Program-made: the position numbers and the translations under genes
Part shown: positions 1 to 10,312 of the stretch, piece by piece
Position numbering within the stretch: position 1 is the first letter of the stretch
Layout: every line of letters starts with the position of its first letter
DNA from: Anaeromyxobacter sp.
GTDB taxonomy: Bacteria > Myxococcota > Myxococcia > Myxococcales > Anaeromyxobacteraceae
Direction: 5' to 3'
Assembly (NCBI GenBank): GCA_049840735.1
Contig: JASGJN010000004.1
Span: forward strand, 128,001-192,000
DNA: 64,000 bases
The notes under the pieces: generated by a model
Seen by the model: only the letters and a program-made list of their open reading frames with translations
Told to the model about the DNA's origin: nothing
The model's database searches: none

Positions 1-182
1 GCCGCGTCGACGTCGTCCTCGCCGACCTCGACCACCTTGACGTACGCGTTGCGGGCCTGCTCCTTCCGCTCGGCGATGTTGACCAGCAGGGCGGCGCCGG
101 CGAGCGCCGCCAGGGTGAAGACACCGGCCACCAGCGCCAGCAGCAGGCCGCGCTTCCCGCGGGGGTTCTGGACGTCGGACAT
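1..182 (-). CDS. nrfA: Ammonia-forming cytochrome c nitrite reductase NrfA, 5' part only (runs off the window)
   Basis: Manual translation from ATG at 182 (AAGGAG RBS upstream) gives MSDVQNPRGKRGLLLALVAGVFTLAALAGAALLVNIAERKEQARNAYVKVVEVGEDDVDA, nearly identical to the N-terminus of the full NrfA at 48180-49868. It lies directly downstream of nrfH. Confidence 0.85.
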   Translation of the reverse strand, partial: MSDVQNPRGKRGLLLALVAGVFTLAALAGAALLVNIAERKEQARNAYVKVVEVGEDDVDA

Positions 183-215
183 CGGAGGCTCCTTCTCGAT
201 CAGGGGGCGGTTCGT

Positions 216-674
216 TCAGCGGAGGTGGCCGACGGAGGCGTGGCAGCGGACGCAGGAGACGCCGCCGCCGTGGGCCACGCTCTCGACCAGGTCGGCGTGG
301 CAGCGGCGGCAGTTGTCCTCGACGATGGCGGCGCTCTCCGGCCGGGCGCGGATCACGTCGGGGTAGCCGCCGAAGGTGAAGGCGGTGGAGTGGTGGTAGC
401 CGTTGATCGCCTTCACCAGGTACTTGGAGAAGAACCCGGCGGGCGTGTGGCAGTCGTTGCAGGTGGCCACCAGGTGGTGCGGCGCGGCCTGCCAGCCGGA
501 GTAGTGGCCGGCCATGACGTGGCAGTTGGCGCAGGTGGCCGGGTCGTTGCCCAGGTAGCTCGAGCCCTTCGCGTAGTGGAAGGCGTAGCCGCCGATGCCG
601 GCCGCCAGCCCGGCCGCAGCGGCGACCAGGGCCAGCGTGAGCGGGATGACGGTGGTGCCGCGGCTCTTCGTCAT
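216..674 (-). CDS. nrfH: Cytochrome c nitrite reductase small subunit NrfH (tetraheme, NapC/NirT family)
   Basis: N-terminal TM helix, four CxxCH motifs (CANCH, CNDCH, CRRCH, CVRCH), and the YLGNDPATC and KAINGYHHS signatures. Confidence 0.93.
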   Translation of the reverse strand: MTKSRGTTVIPLTLALVAAAAGLAAGIGGYAFHYAKGSSYLGNDPATCANCHVMAGHYSGWQAAPHHLVATCNDCHTPAGFFSKYLVKAINGYHHSTAFTFGGYPDVIRARPESAAIVEDNCRRCHADLVESVAHGGGVSCVRCHASVGHLR

Positions 675-704
675 GGAGGCCCTCGAGGGTTCGACGCCGC
701 CCTT

Positions 705-720
705 CGCAAGCGGCTTGCCA
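705..720 (-). promoter_or_regulatory. Sigma54 (-24/-12) promoter for nrfHA
   Basis: Minus strand reads TGGCAAGCCGCTTGCG, i.e. GG-N10-GC with the TGGCA and TTGC consensus, 30 bp upstream of the nrfH ATG. Confidence 0.8.
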
Positions 721-798
721 CCCTAGCAGGTGGCCAAGGCCTCGGAAGGACGGGTCCCGGAAGGGACGGCGGCGGGGTTCACCGGATGCGAGGGTCCG

Positions 799-822
799 GG
801 ATCGGATGGCCGGATCCGATCC
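799..822. promoter_or_regulatory. Perfect inverted repeat, candidate upstream activator site
   Basis: GGATCGGAT-GGCCGG-ATCCGATCC, ~80-100 bp upstream of the sigma54 -24 box. It could instead be a terminator hairpin of the response regulator gene. Confidence 0.5.
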
Positions 823-830
823 GTCGGCCC

Positions 831-2206
<1,376 letters not shown>

Positions 2207-2210
<4 letters not shown>

Positions 2211-3550
2211 GGCGCCACCTCCGCCGGCGCGGGCGCCAGCCGCCGGAGCGGGAAGCGCAGCCGCGCCACCGCGCCGCCGCCCTCGCGTGGTCCCAGCGTG
2301 AAGGCGGCCCGGTGGACGCCGGCCGTGCGCTGGACGATCACCAGCCCCAGCCCGGTGCCGGTGGGCTTGGTGGTGACGAACGGGCGCTTCACCTCGTCCA
2401 GCCGGTCCGCGGGGATGCCGCAGCCGCGGTCCAGCACCTCCACCACCACCGCCCCCTCCCCGCCCGCCGCCTCGAAGCGGCTCGCCAGCTCCGGCACCGC
2501 GGGCCCGCCGGCCTCGAAGGCGTTGGCCAGCAGGTTCACCACCGCCTCGGTGACCAGCGCCGCGTCCAGGTCGAGCGGCGGCAGGTCGCGCGCCAGCTCC
2601 AGGCGCACCGCGTCCTCCGGCAGGCCGCGCGCCAGCGCCGCCTTGCGGGCGGCCTCCTGCAGCACCCGGTTCACCTTGGAGGGCGTGAAGACCGGCTCCA
2701 CCGGGCGCGAGAGCCCCAGCAGTTCGGAGATGAACCGGTTGACCCGGTCCACCTCCTGGCCGATCAGCCCGGCGTACTCGGCCACGTCGGCGTCGCCGGA
2801 GAGCCGGCGGGCCAGGTACTGCGCGGCGCCGGCGATGGCGTTGAGCGGGTTGCGCAGCTCGTGGGCGATCTGGGCCGACATCTGGCCCAGGCCGGCCAGC
2901 CGCTCTGCGTCCAGCAGCCGCGTCTCCAGCGTCCGGCGCTCGCTGATGTCGCGGATCACCATCACCGTGCCCAGGTAGGCCCCCTGGGGCGAGCGGACCG
3001 GCGCGTAGGTGGTCTCGAACCGGCCCTCCTTCTCCTTCAGGATCGAGTGGGCCGGCCCGGAGGCGTCGCCGGCCCGCAGCCAGCCCATGACCCGCTCCAG
3101 CATGGGGTGGCTGGCGCTGGGGTGGCAGTCGCGCAAATCGCCGCCCGGCCCGGCGGAGAGGTTGCGCAGCGCGCGCCCGGCCTGGTTCACGAGGGCCACG
3201 CGGTCGCGGGCGTCGATGAAGAGCAGGCCGTCGGCCATGGAGTCCACCACCGCCTGCATGGTCTCCAGCTCGGCGCGCCGGGCGGCGCGCTCGGCCTCGG
3301 CCTCGGCCAGCGCCGCAGCGGTGGCGCGGGTCCGCTCCACCAGCCCGCGCAGCAGCAGCACCAGCGCCGCCCCGGCCACCGCCACCGAGATGGCCCCCAC
3401 CGCGGCCGTGCGCCAGGCGACCGAGGCCAGCGCCGGGTCGAGGCGCGCCACGTCGCGCAGGAACAGCAGGGCGGTGGCGGCCGAGATGGCGACCGCCACG
3501 GTGATCAGGCTGACGGTGAGGCGGGCGCCTGGGCCGAGCGCTCGGAGCAT
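2207..3550 (-). CDS. Membrane sensor histidine kinase with PAS domain
   Basis: Two TM helices, PAS region containing DCHP, H-box AHELRNPL, N-box NLLANA, DRGCG and GTGLGL G-boxes. Confidence 0.92.
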
Positions 3551-3618
3551 CCGCGCATGGTACCCGGGCCCCGCCCGCGGCGCGACGGCCTCGCGGCGGC
3601 CTTCTCCCGGCCGGCGCG

Positions 3619-4854
3619 ATGGGGCAGTGTGGGGCCGCCGTGCCGACCCCGGAACCCCAGGACCACGCCGCCCGCCGCCTCACCCACGGCATCCTGCCCG
3701 CGGTCGCCTTCTCGCTCGTCTGCTACCTGACGGTCGGGCTGGCGCTGGCGGTGCTGCCCACGCACGTCCACCTGCGGCTCGGCTTCGGCACGGCGCTGGC
3801 GGGCCTGGTGGTGAGCGCGCAGTACGTGGCCACCGTCCTCTCGCGCCCGCTGGCCGGGCGGCTCACCGACACGGCCGGCCCGCGCCGGGCCGTGCTGCGC
3901 GGCCTGGTGGCCTGCGGCCTGAGCGGCGCGCTGACGCTGGCCGCCGCCCCGCTCGACGCGCACCCCTGGGGCGCGCTGGCGCTGCTGCTGGCCGGCCGGC
4001 TGGCGCTGGGCGTGGGCGAGAGCCTGGTGGCCACCGGCGCCATCATGTGGGGCATCGCCCGCGTCGGTTCCCGGCACACGGCGCAGGTGATCTCCTGGAA
4101 CGGCATCACCACCTACGGCGCGCTGGCGGTGGGGGCGCCGCTGGGCGTCGGGCTGGCGGCACTGGCCGGGCTGGCCGCGGTGGGCGGGTTCGTGGTGCTG
4201 GTGGCGGCCGGCGCCGGGGTGGCGGCGCGCCGGCTGCCGCCGCCGGCGGTGGTCCACGGCGAGCGCATGCCGTTCCACCGCGTGGTGGCCCGGGTCGCGC
4301 CCATGGGCCTGGGGCTGGCGCTGGGCGGCACCGGCTTCGGCGTGATCGCCGCCTTCATCACCCTGCTCTACGCGCACCGCGGCTGGAGCGGCGCCGCCTT
4401 CGCGCTCTCCGCCTACGGCGCCTGCTTCATCGCCACGCGCCTGCTCTTCGCGCACCAGATCGACCGGCGCGGCGGCCTGGCGGTGGCGCTGCCGTCGCTG
4501 GCCGTGGAGCTGGCCGGGCTCCTGCTATTGGCCTCGGCCGGCGGGCCGGGCGCGGCGCTGGGCGGGGCGGCCCTGACCGGCCTCGGGTTCTCGCTGGTCT
4601 TCCCGGCGCTGGCGGTGGAGGCGGTGCGGGGCCTGCCCGCCGAGGACCGCGGGACGGGGCTGGGCGCGTACTCGGCCTTCGTGGACCTGTCCCTGTTCGT
4701 GAGCGGCCCGGCCGCAGGGGCGCTGATCGCGGCGCGCGGCTACGCGGCCGGCTTCCTGGGCGCGGCGGCCGCCGTGGGGGCGGGGCTCCTGCTCACCGGC
4801 TGGCTGGCGCTGCAGGCCGGGCGGGCGCCGGGCCCGGGACCTCACCCACCGTGA
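3619..4854 (+). CDS. MFS transporter (YhhS/YfcJ-like)
   Basis: About 12 hydrophobic helices, motif A GRLTDTAGPR, and the ISWNGITTYGALA and GFSLVFPAL segments typical of this subfamily. Confidence 0.88.
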   Translation: MGQCGAAVPTPEPQDHAARRLTHGILPAVAFSLVCYLTVGLALAVLPTHVHLRLGFGTALAGLVVSAQYVATVLSRPLAGRLTDTAGPRRAVLRGLVACGLSGALTLAAAPLDAHPWGALALLLAGRLALGVGESLVATGAIMWGIARVGSRHTAQVISWNGITTYGALAVGAPLGVGLAALAGLAAVGGFVVLVAAGAGVAARRLPPPAVVHGERMPFHRVVARVAPMGLGLALGGTGFGVIAAFITLLYAHRGWSGAAFALSAYGACFIATRLLFAHQIDRRGGLAVALPSLAVELAGLLLLASAGGPGAALGGAALTGLGFSLVFPALAVEAVRGLPAEDRGTGLGAYSAFVDLSLFVSGPAAGALIAARGYAAGFLGAAAAVGAGLLLTGWLALQAGRAPGPGPHPP

Positions 4855-4977
4855 CTCCCCCGAGGGGAGGATGAGCCGCGCGCCGTTCACGGCTGGTGAT
4901 GGTCGCCGGCCACCCACCCCGGGAACGGCCCCGGCCGCTCCCGCCTCGGGCTAGACTGGGCGCGGGGTCTCCCCGAC

Positions 4978-6735
4978 ATGCCCGCCCCAGTCTCCACCCC
5001 CGCGGTAGACGTCCAGGAGCTGGCCTGGCGCGCCTGGGCGCTGCGGCTCTCCTACCTGATCCTGGGCGTCGGCGTGGCGGCGCCGGCCCTGGCCCACAGC
5101 CTGGTGGCGGGCAACGCCTGGATGGCGGCGGCCCTGCTGGCTGGGGCGCCGCTGGTGGCGGCGGGGGCGATCTGGGGCGGGCGGGCCGGCCGCTTCCGGG
5201 CCTGGTCCGGCCTGCTGCTGGTGATGGTCGGGGCGGTGCCGGCCATCGGCATGGCCGGGGTCGGCCCCACGCCCGGGATCTGCGCGGGCCTGACCACGCT
5301 GGTGGTGCTGGCGGCGCTGTTCCGCGGCCGGAGGGCGGCGTGGGCAGCGGTGGCGCTCCAGACGCTGGTGCTGGCCTTCACGCTGGCGGGCGGGGAGCTG
5401 GGCTGGCTCCCCTGGCCCTCGACCCCGCCCGGCGACTGGTCCACCTCGGCGCTCTGGGCCTGGTACCTCACCCACCTGCTGGCGCTGGCGCTGGTGATCG
5501 CCATCCCGCCGCGGGTCATGGCGGACCGGTTCGAGCAGTTCGCGGCCGATCGCGAGGCGGCCCACCGCGAGGCCGACGAGGCGCTGGGCTCGCGCGAGCG
5601 GGCGGAGCAGGAGCGGAGCCAGGCCGAGGCCGCGCTGGCGCAGGCGCAGCGGGGCGCGGTCATCCAGCGGGTGGGCGCGGCCCTGGCCCACGACTTCAAC
5701 AACGCCCTGGTGGTGATCCGCTGCTCGGCCGAGGCGCTGGCCGACCCGGCCGCCTCCCCGGAGATGCGCGCCGAGGCGGGGGACGCCATCCTGGCCTGCG
5801 CGCGGCGCGCCTCGGCGCTCACCCGCCAGCTCATGCTGCTGGCCCGGCGCGCGCCGCCGCCGCCGGGCGCGCGCACCCCGGCGGACGTGGGGCGGGTGCT
5901 CCAGGAGTCGAGCCGGCTGTTCCGGCAAATCCTCCCGGCCGACGTGCAGCTGGAGGTGCTGACGGCCGGCGCGGCCCCGGCCGCGCTGGACGAGACCGCG
6001 CTCACGCAGGTGCTGCTCAACCTGGTGCTGAACGCCCGCGACGCGCTCCCCCGCGGCGGGCACGTGCGCATCAGCTCGGAGCCGGTGCCGGCAGCGGGGC
6101 CACCCAGCCACGTGCTGCTCGAGGTGACCGACGACGGCGCGGGCATGACGCCGGAGGTCCGCGCCCACGCCTTCGAGCCGCTCTTCTCGTCCAAGGCGCA
6201 CGGCGCCGGCCTGGGGCTGGCGGTGTCGCTGGCCCTGGTGCGGCAGGCCGGGGGGGACCTGGCGCTCCGCTCCGCCCCCGGGGCGGGCACCACCGTCACC
6301 ATCACCCTGCCGGCGGCGGCGCAGCCGCGGGCCGCCGCCCCGCGAGCGCGGCCGCAGGCGCCGCCGCGCGGGGCGCGGGCGCTGGTGGTCGATCCGGACG
6401 AGGGGCTGCGCCACGTGACGGCCCTGGCGCTGCAGGCGCGCGGCTTCTCGGTGATGGAGGCCGGGGACGCGAGCGCCGGGCTGGAGCGCGTGCGGCGGCT
6501 GCACGACCGGCTGGACCTGATCTGCCTGGACGTCTCCGAGTTCACGCCAGGTGCGGCCCGGCTGGCGGAGGAGTGCGCCGCGCTCTTCCCGGAGGTGGCG
6601 CTCCTGGCCACCGGCTCGGTGGCGGAGCCGGGCGTGGCGCAGGCGCGGAGCTTCGCCTTCATCGCGAAGCCCTTCGTGGCCTCCGACCTGGCCGAGCGCG
6701 CGGTGGGGCTGGTCGCGCGGGAGGGGAAGGCGTGA
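4978..6735 (+). CDS. Hybrid sensor histidine kinase (multi-TM sensor, HisKA/HATPase, atypical receiver)
   Basis: Hydrophobic N-terminus, AHDFNN H-box, NLVLNARDA, DDGAGM, GAGLGL, and a C-terminal REC-like domain ending in AKPF. Confidence 0.88.
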   Translation: MPAPVSTPAVDVQELAWRAWALRLSYLILGVGVAAPALAHSLVAGNAWMAAALLAGAPLVAAGAIWGGRAGRFRAWSGLLLVMVGAVPAIGMAGVGPTPGICAGLTTLVVLAALFRGRRAAWAAVALQTLVLAFTLAGGELGWLPWPSTPPGDWSTSALWAWYLTHLLALALVIAIPPRVMADRFEQFAADREAAHREADEALGSRERAEQERSQAEAALAQAQRGAVIQRVGAALAHDFNNALVVIRCSAEALADPAASPEMRAEAGDAILACARRASALTRQLMLLARRAPPPPGARTPADVGRVLQESSRLFRQILPADVQLEVLTAGAAPAALDETALTQVLLNLVLNARDALPRGGHVRISSEPVPAAGPPSHVLLEVTDDGAGMTPEVRAHAFEPLFSSKAHGAGLGLAVSLALVRQAGGDLALRSAPGAGTTVTITLPAAAQPRAAAPRARPQAPPRGARALVVDPDEGLRHVTALALQARGFSVMEAGDASAGLERVRRLHDRLDLICLDVSEFTPGAARLAEECAALFPEVALLATGSVAEPGVAQARSFAFIAKPFVASDLAERAVGLVAREGKA

Positions 6736-8507
6736 TGGGCGCGGACGCCAGCGCGGACGGGCTGCACCCGGCGCCGGCCTCCTGGCGCGACCCGGCGCTG
6801 CGCAGGCTGCTGCTGGGGCTGGTGGTCTTCGTCCCGATCGACCTGGCGGCGAACCGGCTCCGCGCGCAGGAGACCCCGGCCTGGCTTTTCCTGCTGGCCG
6901 CCCTGTGGGCGCTGGCGCTGGCCGGCTGGGCGCTGGCCCACCGGCGGCGGCCGGTCCGGGCGGTGCTGGCGCTGGTGACGCTGGACGCGCTGGCGCTCTT
7001 GCTCCTGCCGCTCTTCCAGGGCCGGGCCCCCGGGCCGGCCTCCGCGGTGGCGCTGGCCACCGCCATCACCTTCGCCACCCTGTTCCTGGGGTGGCGCGCG
7101 CTGGCGGGGTGCGTACTCCTCGTGGCGCTGGCCACGGCGCTGGCCCACGGCCTGGCGCGCGCCGGCCGCGTCCCGCTCCAGCAGGCGGCCCCGTTCGCCG
7201 ACGGCTGGCTGGCGCAGGGCGTCCAGCTGGTGGGGTCCTGGGCGCTGCTGGCGCTGGTGGTGAGCACCGTGCTGCGCAGCTACCAGGAGGGCGCGCGCCG
7301 GCTGCACGAGGGGGTGGAGGCGCTGGTGCAGCGGCGCGCCGAGCGCGAGCAGGCCGAGGCCCAGCGCTGGGCCGCCGCGGAGGCGGCGCGCCGGGCGCAG
7401 GACCTGGAGCTGGTGGGACGGCTCACCGCCGGGCTGGCCCACGACTTCAACAACTCGCTCACGGTGATCATGAGCTGGGCGGGGGCGCTGCGCGATCCGG
7501 TCGGGGCCGGCCTCTCGCAGGCCGAGGCCAGCCAGGCCATCGCCGCCGGCGCCGAGCGGGCGGAGCTGGTGACCCGCCGGCTGGCGGCGCTGCGCCGGCA
7601 GGAGCCCGGTCCGCGCCGGCGCGTCGAGCTGGGCGAGGTGGCCGCCGCGCTGGCCCGCTCGGCCCGCTGGGTGGTCCCGCCCACCTGCCCGGTGCTGCTG
7701 CGGCGCGCGGAGCCGGCGGCGGTCCTCGCGGTCCCGGCGCAGCTGGAGCAGGCGCTGCTCCAGCTCGTGCTCAACGCCCGGGACGCGCAGCCGGGCGGGG
7801 GGCGCATCGAGGTGGAGGTGGGCTGGGCCCGGCCGGAGGAGGTGGCGGGGCTCCCGCCCGGCAGCTACGCCGCGGCCCGGGTCCGCGATCACGGCGTGGG
7901 GCTCGACCCCTTCACCCGCGCCCACCTCTTCGAGCCCTTCTTCACCACCAAGGCGGACGGCGCCGGGCTGGGGCTGGGGCTGGCCGTGGCGCGCGAGGTG
8001 GCCGTGGCGCACGGGGGGCGGATCCACGTCGAGAGCGCGCCCGGCGCGGGGAGCACCTTCAGCCTGGTCCTCCCCGCCGCCGGGCCGGCCCCGCTGCCGG
8101 CGCAGGAGCGGCCGGCGCGGGCGCTGCCGCCGGGCCGCCGCGTGCTGCTGGTCGAGGACGAGCCGCTGGTCCGCCGCGCCATGGCGCGGGCGCTGCGCGC
8201 GGCGGGCGGCGAGGTGATCGAGGCCTCCACCGGCGAGGCGGGCCTGGCGGCCGCCGCGCTGCCGGGGCTGGAGCTGCTCTGCCTGGACGCGGTCCTCCCG
8301 GACCTGGCCAGCCAGCGGGTGGCGGACGCCTTCACCCGGGCGCATCCGGGCCGGCCGGTGCTGGTCTGCTCCGGCCACGTGGAGGAGGACGAGCTGCGCC
8401 AGCGCATCGCGCTGGGTGACTACGCCTTCCTGGCCAAGCCGTTCGACGGGGCCACGCTGGTGGCGCGGGCCGCCGCGCTCATGGCCGCGCCAGCGGCCGC
8501 GCGGTGA
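6735..8507 (+). CDS. Second hybrid sensor histidine kinase (paralog of the preceding gene)
   Basis: ATG overlaps the previous stop (TGATG). AHDFNN, LVLNARDA, FEPFFTTK, GLGLGL, and a VLLVEDE...LCLD...AKPF receiver. Confidence 0.88.
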   Translation: MGADASADGLHPAPASWRDPALRRLLLGLVVFVPIDLAANRLRAQETPAWLFLLAALWALALAGWALAHRRRPVRAVLALVTLDALALLLLPLFQGRAPGPASAVALATAITFATLFLGWRALAGCVLLVALATALAHGLARAGRVPLQQAAPFADGWLAQGVQLVGSWALLALVVSTVLRSYQEGARRLHEGVEALVQRRAEREQAEAQRWAAAEAARRAQDLELVGRLTAGLAHDFNNSLTVIMSWAGALRDPVGAGLSQAEASQAIAAGAERAELVTRRLAALRRQEPGPRRRVELGEVAAALARSARWVVPPTCPVLLRRAEPAAVLAVPAQLEQALLQLVLNARDAQPGGGRIEVEVGWARPEEVAGLPPGSYAAARVRDHGVGLDPFTRAHLFEPFFTTKADGAGLGLGLAVAREVAVAHGGRIHVESAPGAGSTFSLVLPAAGPAPLPAQERPARALPPGRRVLLVEDEPLVRRAMARALRAAGGEVIEASTGEAGLAAAALPGLELLCLDAVLPDLASQRVADAFTRAHPGRPVLVCSGHVEEDELRQRIALGDYAFLAKPFDGATLVARAAALMAAPAAAR

Positions 8508-9243
8508 AGGCCACCCAGCGCAGCACCACCGCCACGCGCCCGTCCGGCCCCGCCCAGCGGGCCACCAGCGCGCGGAGCCCGGCCTCCACCGCCGGCTCGA
8601 GCTGACCCTCGCGGACCGGCAGGTAGGACGCGCTCCGGGCCCAGCCCACCAGGCCGTCGGCGTCGAGCCGCCAGGGGTGGCGCTCCTCCAGCGCCTGCTC
8701 CAGCGCGAAGAGCGGGCTTTCGCGGAGCGGCGCCTCGGCGCCGGTCACGTCGGCGGCCGGCGAGCCGCCGCTCTTGCGCATCACGAACCCGGAGAGCGCG
8801 CGGGTGAAGGGGTCCTGTCCGTCGCGCAGGTACCAGATCAGCACCAGCCGCCCGCCGGGCCGCAGGATCCGGTGCAGCTCGGGGAGCGCCTCGGCCGCGC
8901 GGAACCAGTGGAAGGACTGGACGCAGCAGGCGGCGTCCACCGAGCCGGCCGGCAGCCCGGTGGCCTCCGCCGCGCCGGGGTGGACCGTGACGCGCGCCCC
9001 CGGGATGAGCCGGCGGCGCATGTCGGGGTTGGGCTCGATGGCGTGGACGTGCGCCGAGCGGACGGCCAGCCGGGCGGTCGAGAGCCCGGTCCCTGCCCCC
9101 ACGTCCGCCACGATGGGCTCCGGAGGCAGGCCCCGCAGCGCCGCATCCAGCAGGGAATCCGGGCACTCAGGGCGGTTCAGGGCGTAGCTCTCGGCGCGGC
9201 CGGTGAAGCGCGCCGGAGCGCCGGGGGAGAGGTCGTCCGGCAT
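8479..9243 (-). CDS. Class I SAM-dependent methyltransferase
   Basis: RFTGRAESY N-terminus, ADVGAGTG motif I, AIEPN, QSFHWF, RILRPGG. Start taken at MPDD (9243) with GAGGAG RBS. Confidence 0.88.
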   Translation of the reverse strand: MPDDLSPGAPARFTGRAESYALNRPECPDSLLDAALRGLPPEPIVADVGAGTGLSTARLAVRSAHVHAIEPNPDMRRRLIPGARVTVHPGAAEATGLPAGSVDAACCVQSFHWFRAAEALPELHRILRPGGRLVLIWYLRDGQDPFTRALSGFVMRKSGGSPAADVTGAEAPLRESPLFALEQALEERHPWRLDADGLVGWARSASYLPVREGQLEPAVEAGLRALVARWAGPDGRVAVVLRWVAFTARPLARP

Positions 9244-9438
9244 ACATCTCCTCACATGCACGCTGGGGTCAGCACACGCCACTGGACGGCTGGGGCGCGC
9301 GGGACCGGGTGAATACCCTACATCCAGATAGAGCGTTCAGACGCCTCGCAACGACAGGTTCGCCCTGCACGCGACGGGGCCTCATCTGGCTAGGTTGGCG
9401 AGACGCGGACCTATTTGCCGCTGGGGAGCGCAAGGGGC

Positions 9439-9669
9439 ATGGGAAGGACGCAGGATCGACAGAAGCAGGACGACCTGAAGCAGCTGGGCAGCCGGGTGCG
9501 CGAGGCGCGGACCGGCGTCGGCTACACGCAGGAGGTGCTGGCCAAGGAGCTGGGGATCTCCGTCGCGTACGTGAGCCTCATCGAGCGCGGCGGCCGCAAC
9601 CCGCCCTGGACGACGGTGGTGGCCATCGCCCGCGCGCTGCAGGTCCCGCTGCAGCGCCTCGTGGCGTAG
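9439..9669 (+). CDS. XRE-family helix-turn-helix regulator
   Basis: LGSRVREAR...TQEVLAKELGISVAYVSLIERGGRNP is a canonical HTH_3 pattern. Confidence 0.88.
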   Translation: MGRTQDRQKQDDLKQLGSRVREARTGVGYTQEVLAKELGISVAYVSLIERGGRNPPWTTVVAIARALQVPLQRLVA

Positions 9670-9691
9670 CGGAGCGACGGCCGGCCGCGGC

Positions 9692-10186
9692 TCAGGCGGC
9701 CTGCTCCAGCCCCAGCGCCCGGCGGATGTCCGGCTCCAGCTTCTCGGGCGTGGTGTAGGGCGCGTAGCGCCGCAGCGGCCGCCCCTGCCGGTCGAGCAGG
9801 AACTTGGTGAAGTTCCACTTCACGTCGCGTCCGATGGTGCCGGGCAGCTCGCGCGTCAGCCAGCCGAAGAGCGGGTGGGCCTGGGCGCCCTTCACGTCGA
9901 TCTTCTCGAACATCTGGAAGCTGACGCCGTAGTTGACGAGGCAACCTCCCTCGATCTCGTCCGGCCCGCCCGGCTCCTGGTTGCCGAACTGGTTGCAGGG
10001 GAAGCCCAGCACGGCCAGCCCCTGCGACGCGTAGGTCCGGTGCAGCGCCTCCAGCCCCGCGTACTGCGGGGTGAAGCCGCACTGGCTGGCGGTGTTCACC
10101 ACCAGCACCACCTTCCCTTCGTAGCGGGACAGCGGGATCTCCTCGCCGCGCAGCGTGCGGGCGGTGAACTGGCCGAGGTCGCTCAT
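9692..10186 (-). CDS. Glutathione peroxidase family protein (Cys-type)
   Basis: VVNTASQCGFTPQY, LGFPCNQFGNQEPG and KWNFTKFL motifs; start at MSDLGQF. Confidence 0.93.
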   Translation of the reverse strand: MSDLGQFTARTLRGEEIPLSRYEGKVVLVVNTASQCGFTPQYAGLEALHRTYASQGLAVLGFPCNQFGNQEPGGPDEIEGGCLVNYGVSFQMFEKIDVKGAQAHPLFGWLTRELPGTIGRDVKWNFTKFLLDRQGRPLRRYAPYTTPEKLEPDIRRALGLEQAA

Positions 10187-10312
10187 GCCCCGATTGAAGA
10201 ACGGGTTGCGCGGCGCGGCAACACCCGCGGAGGGGCGCGCGGGCCCACGCGCGACCATCGGCCCGCCCTCACGGCCCGCCCCCGCCGGGGCTGGGCGCGG
10301 TAGCTTGCCAGC

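Noticed and set aside
9692..10186. Possible selenocysteine glutathione peroxidase
   Set aside because: The active-site codon is TGC (Cys) and there is no in-frame TGA.
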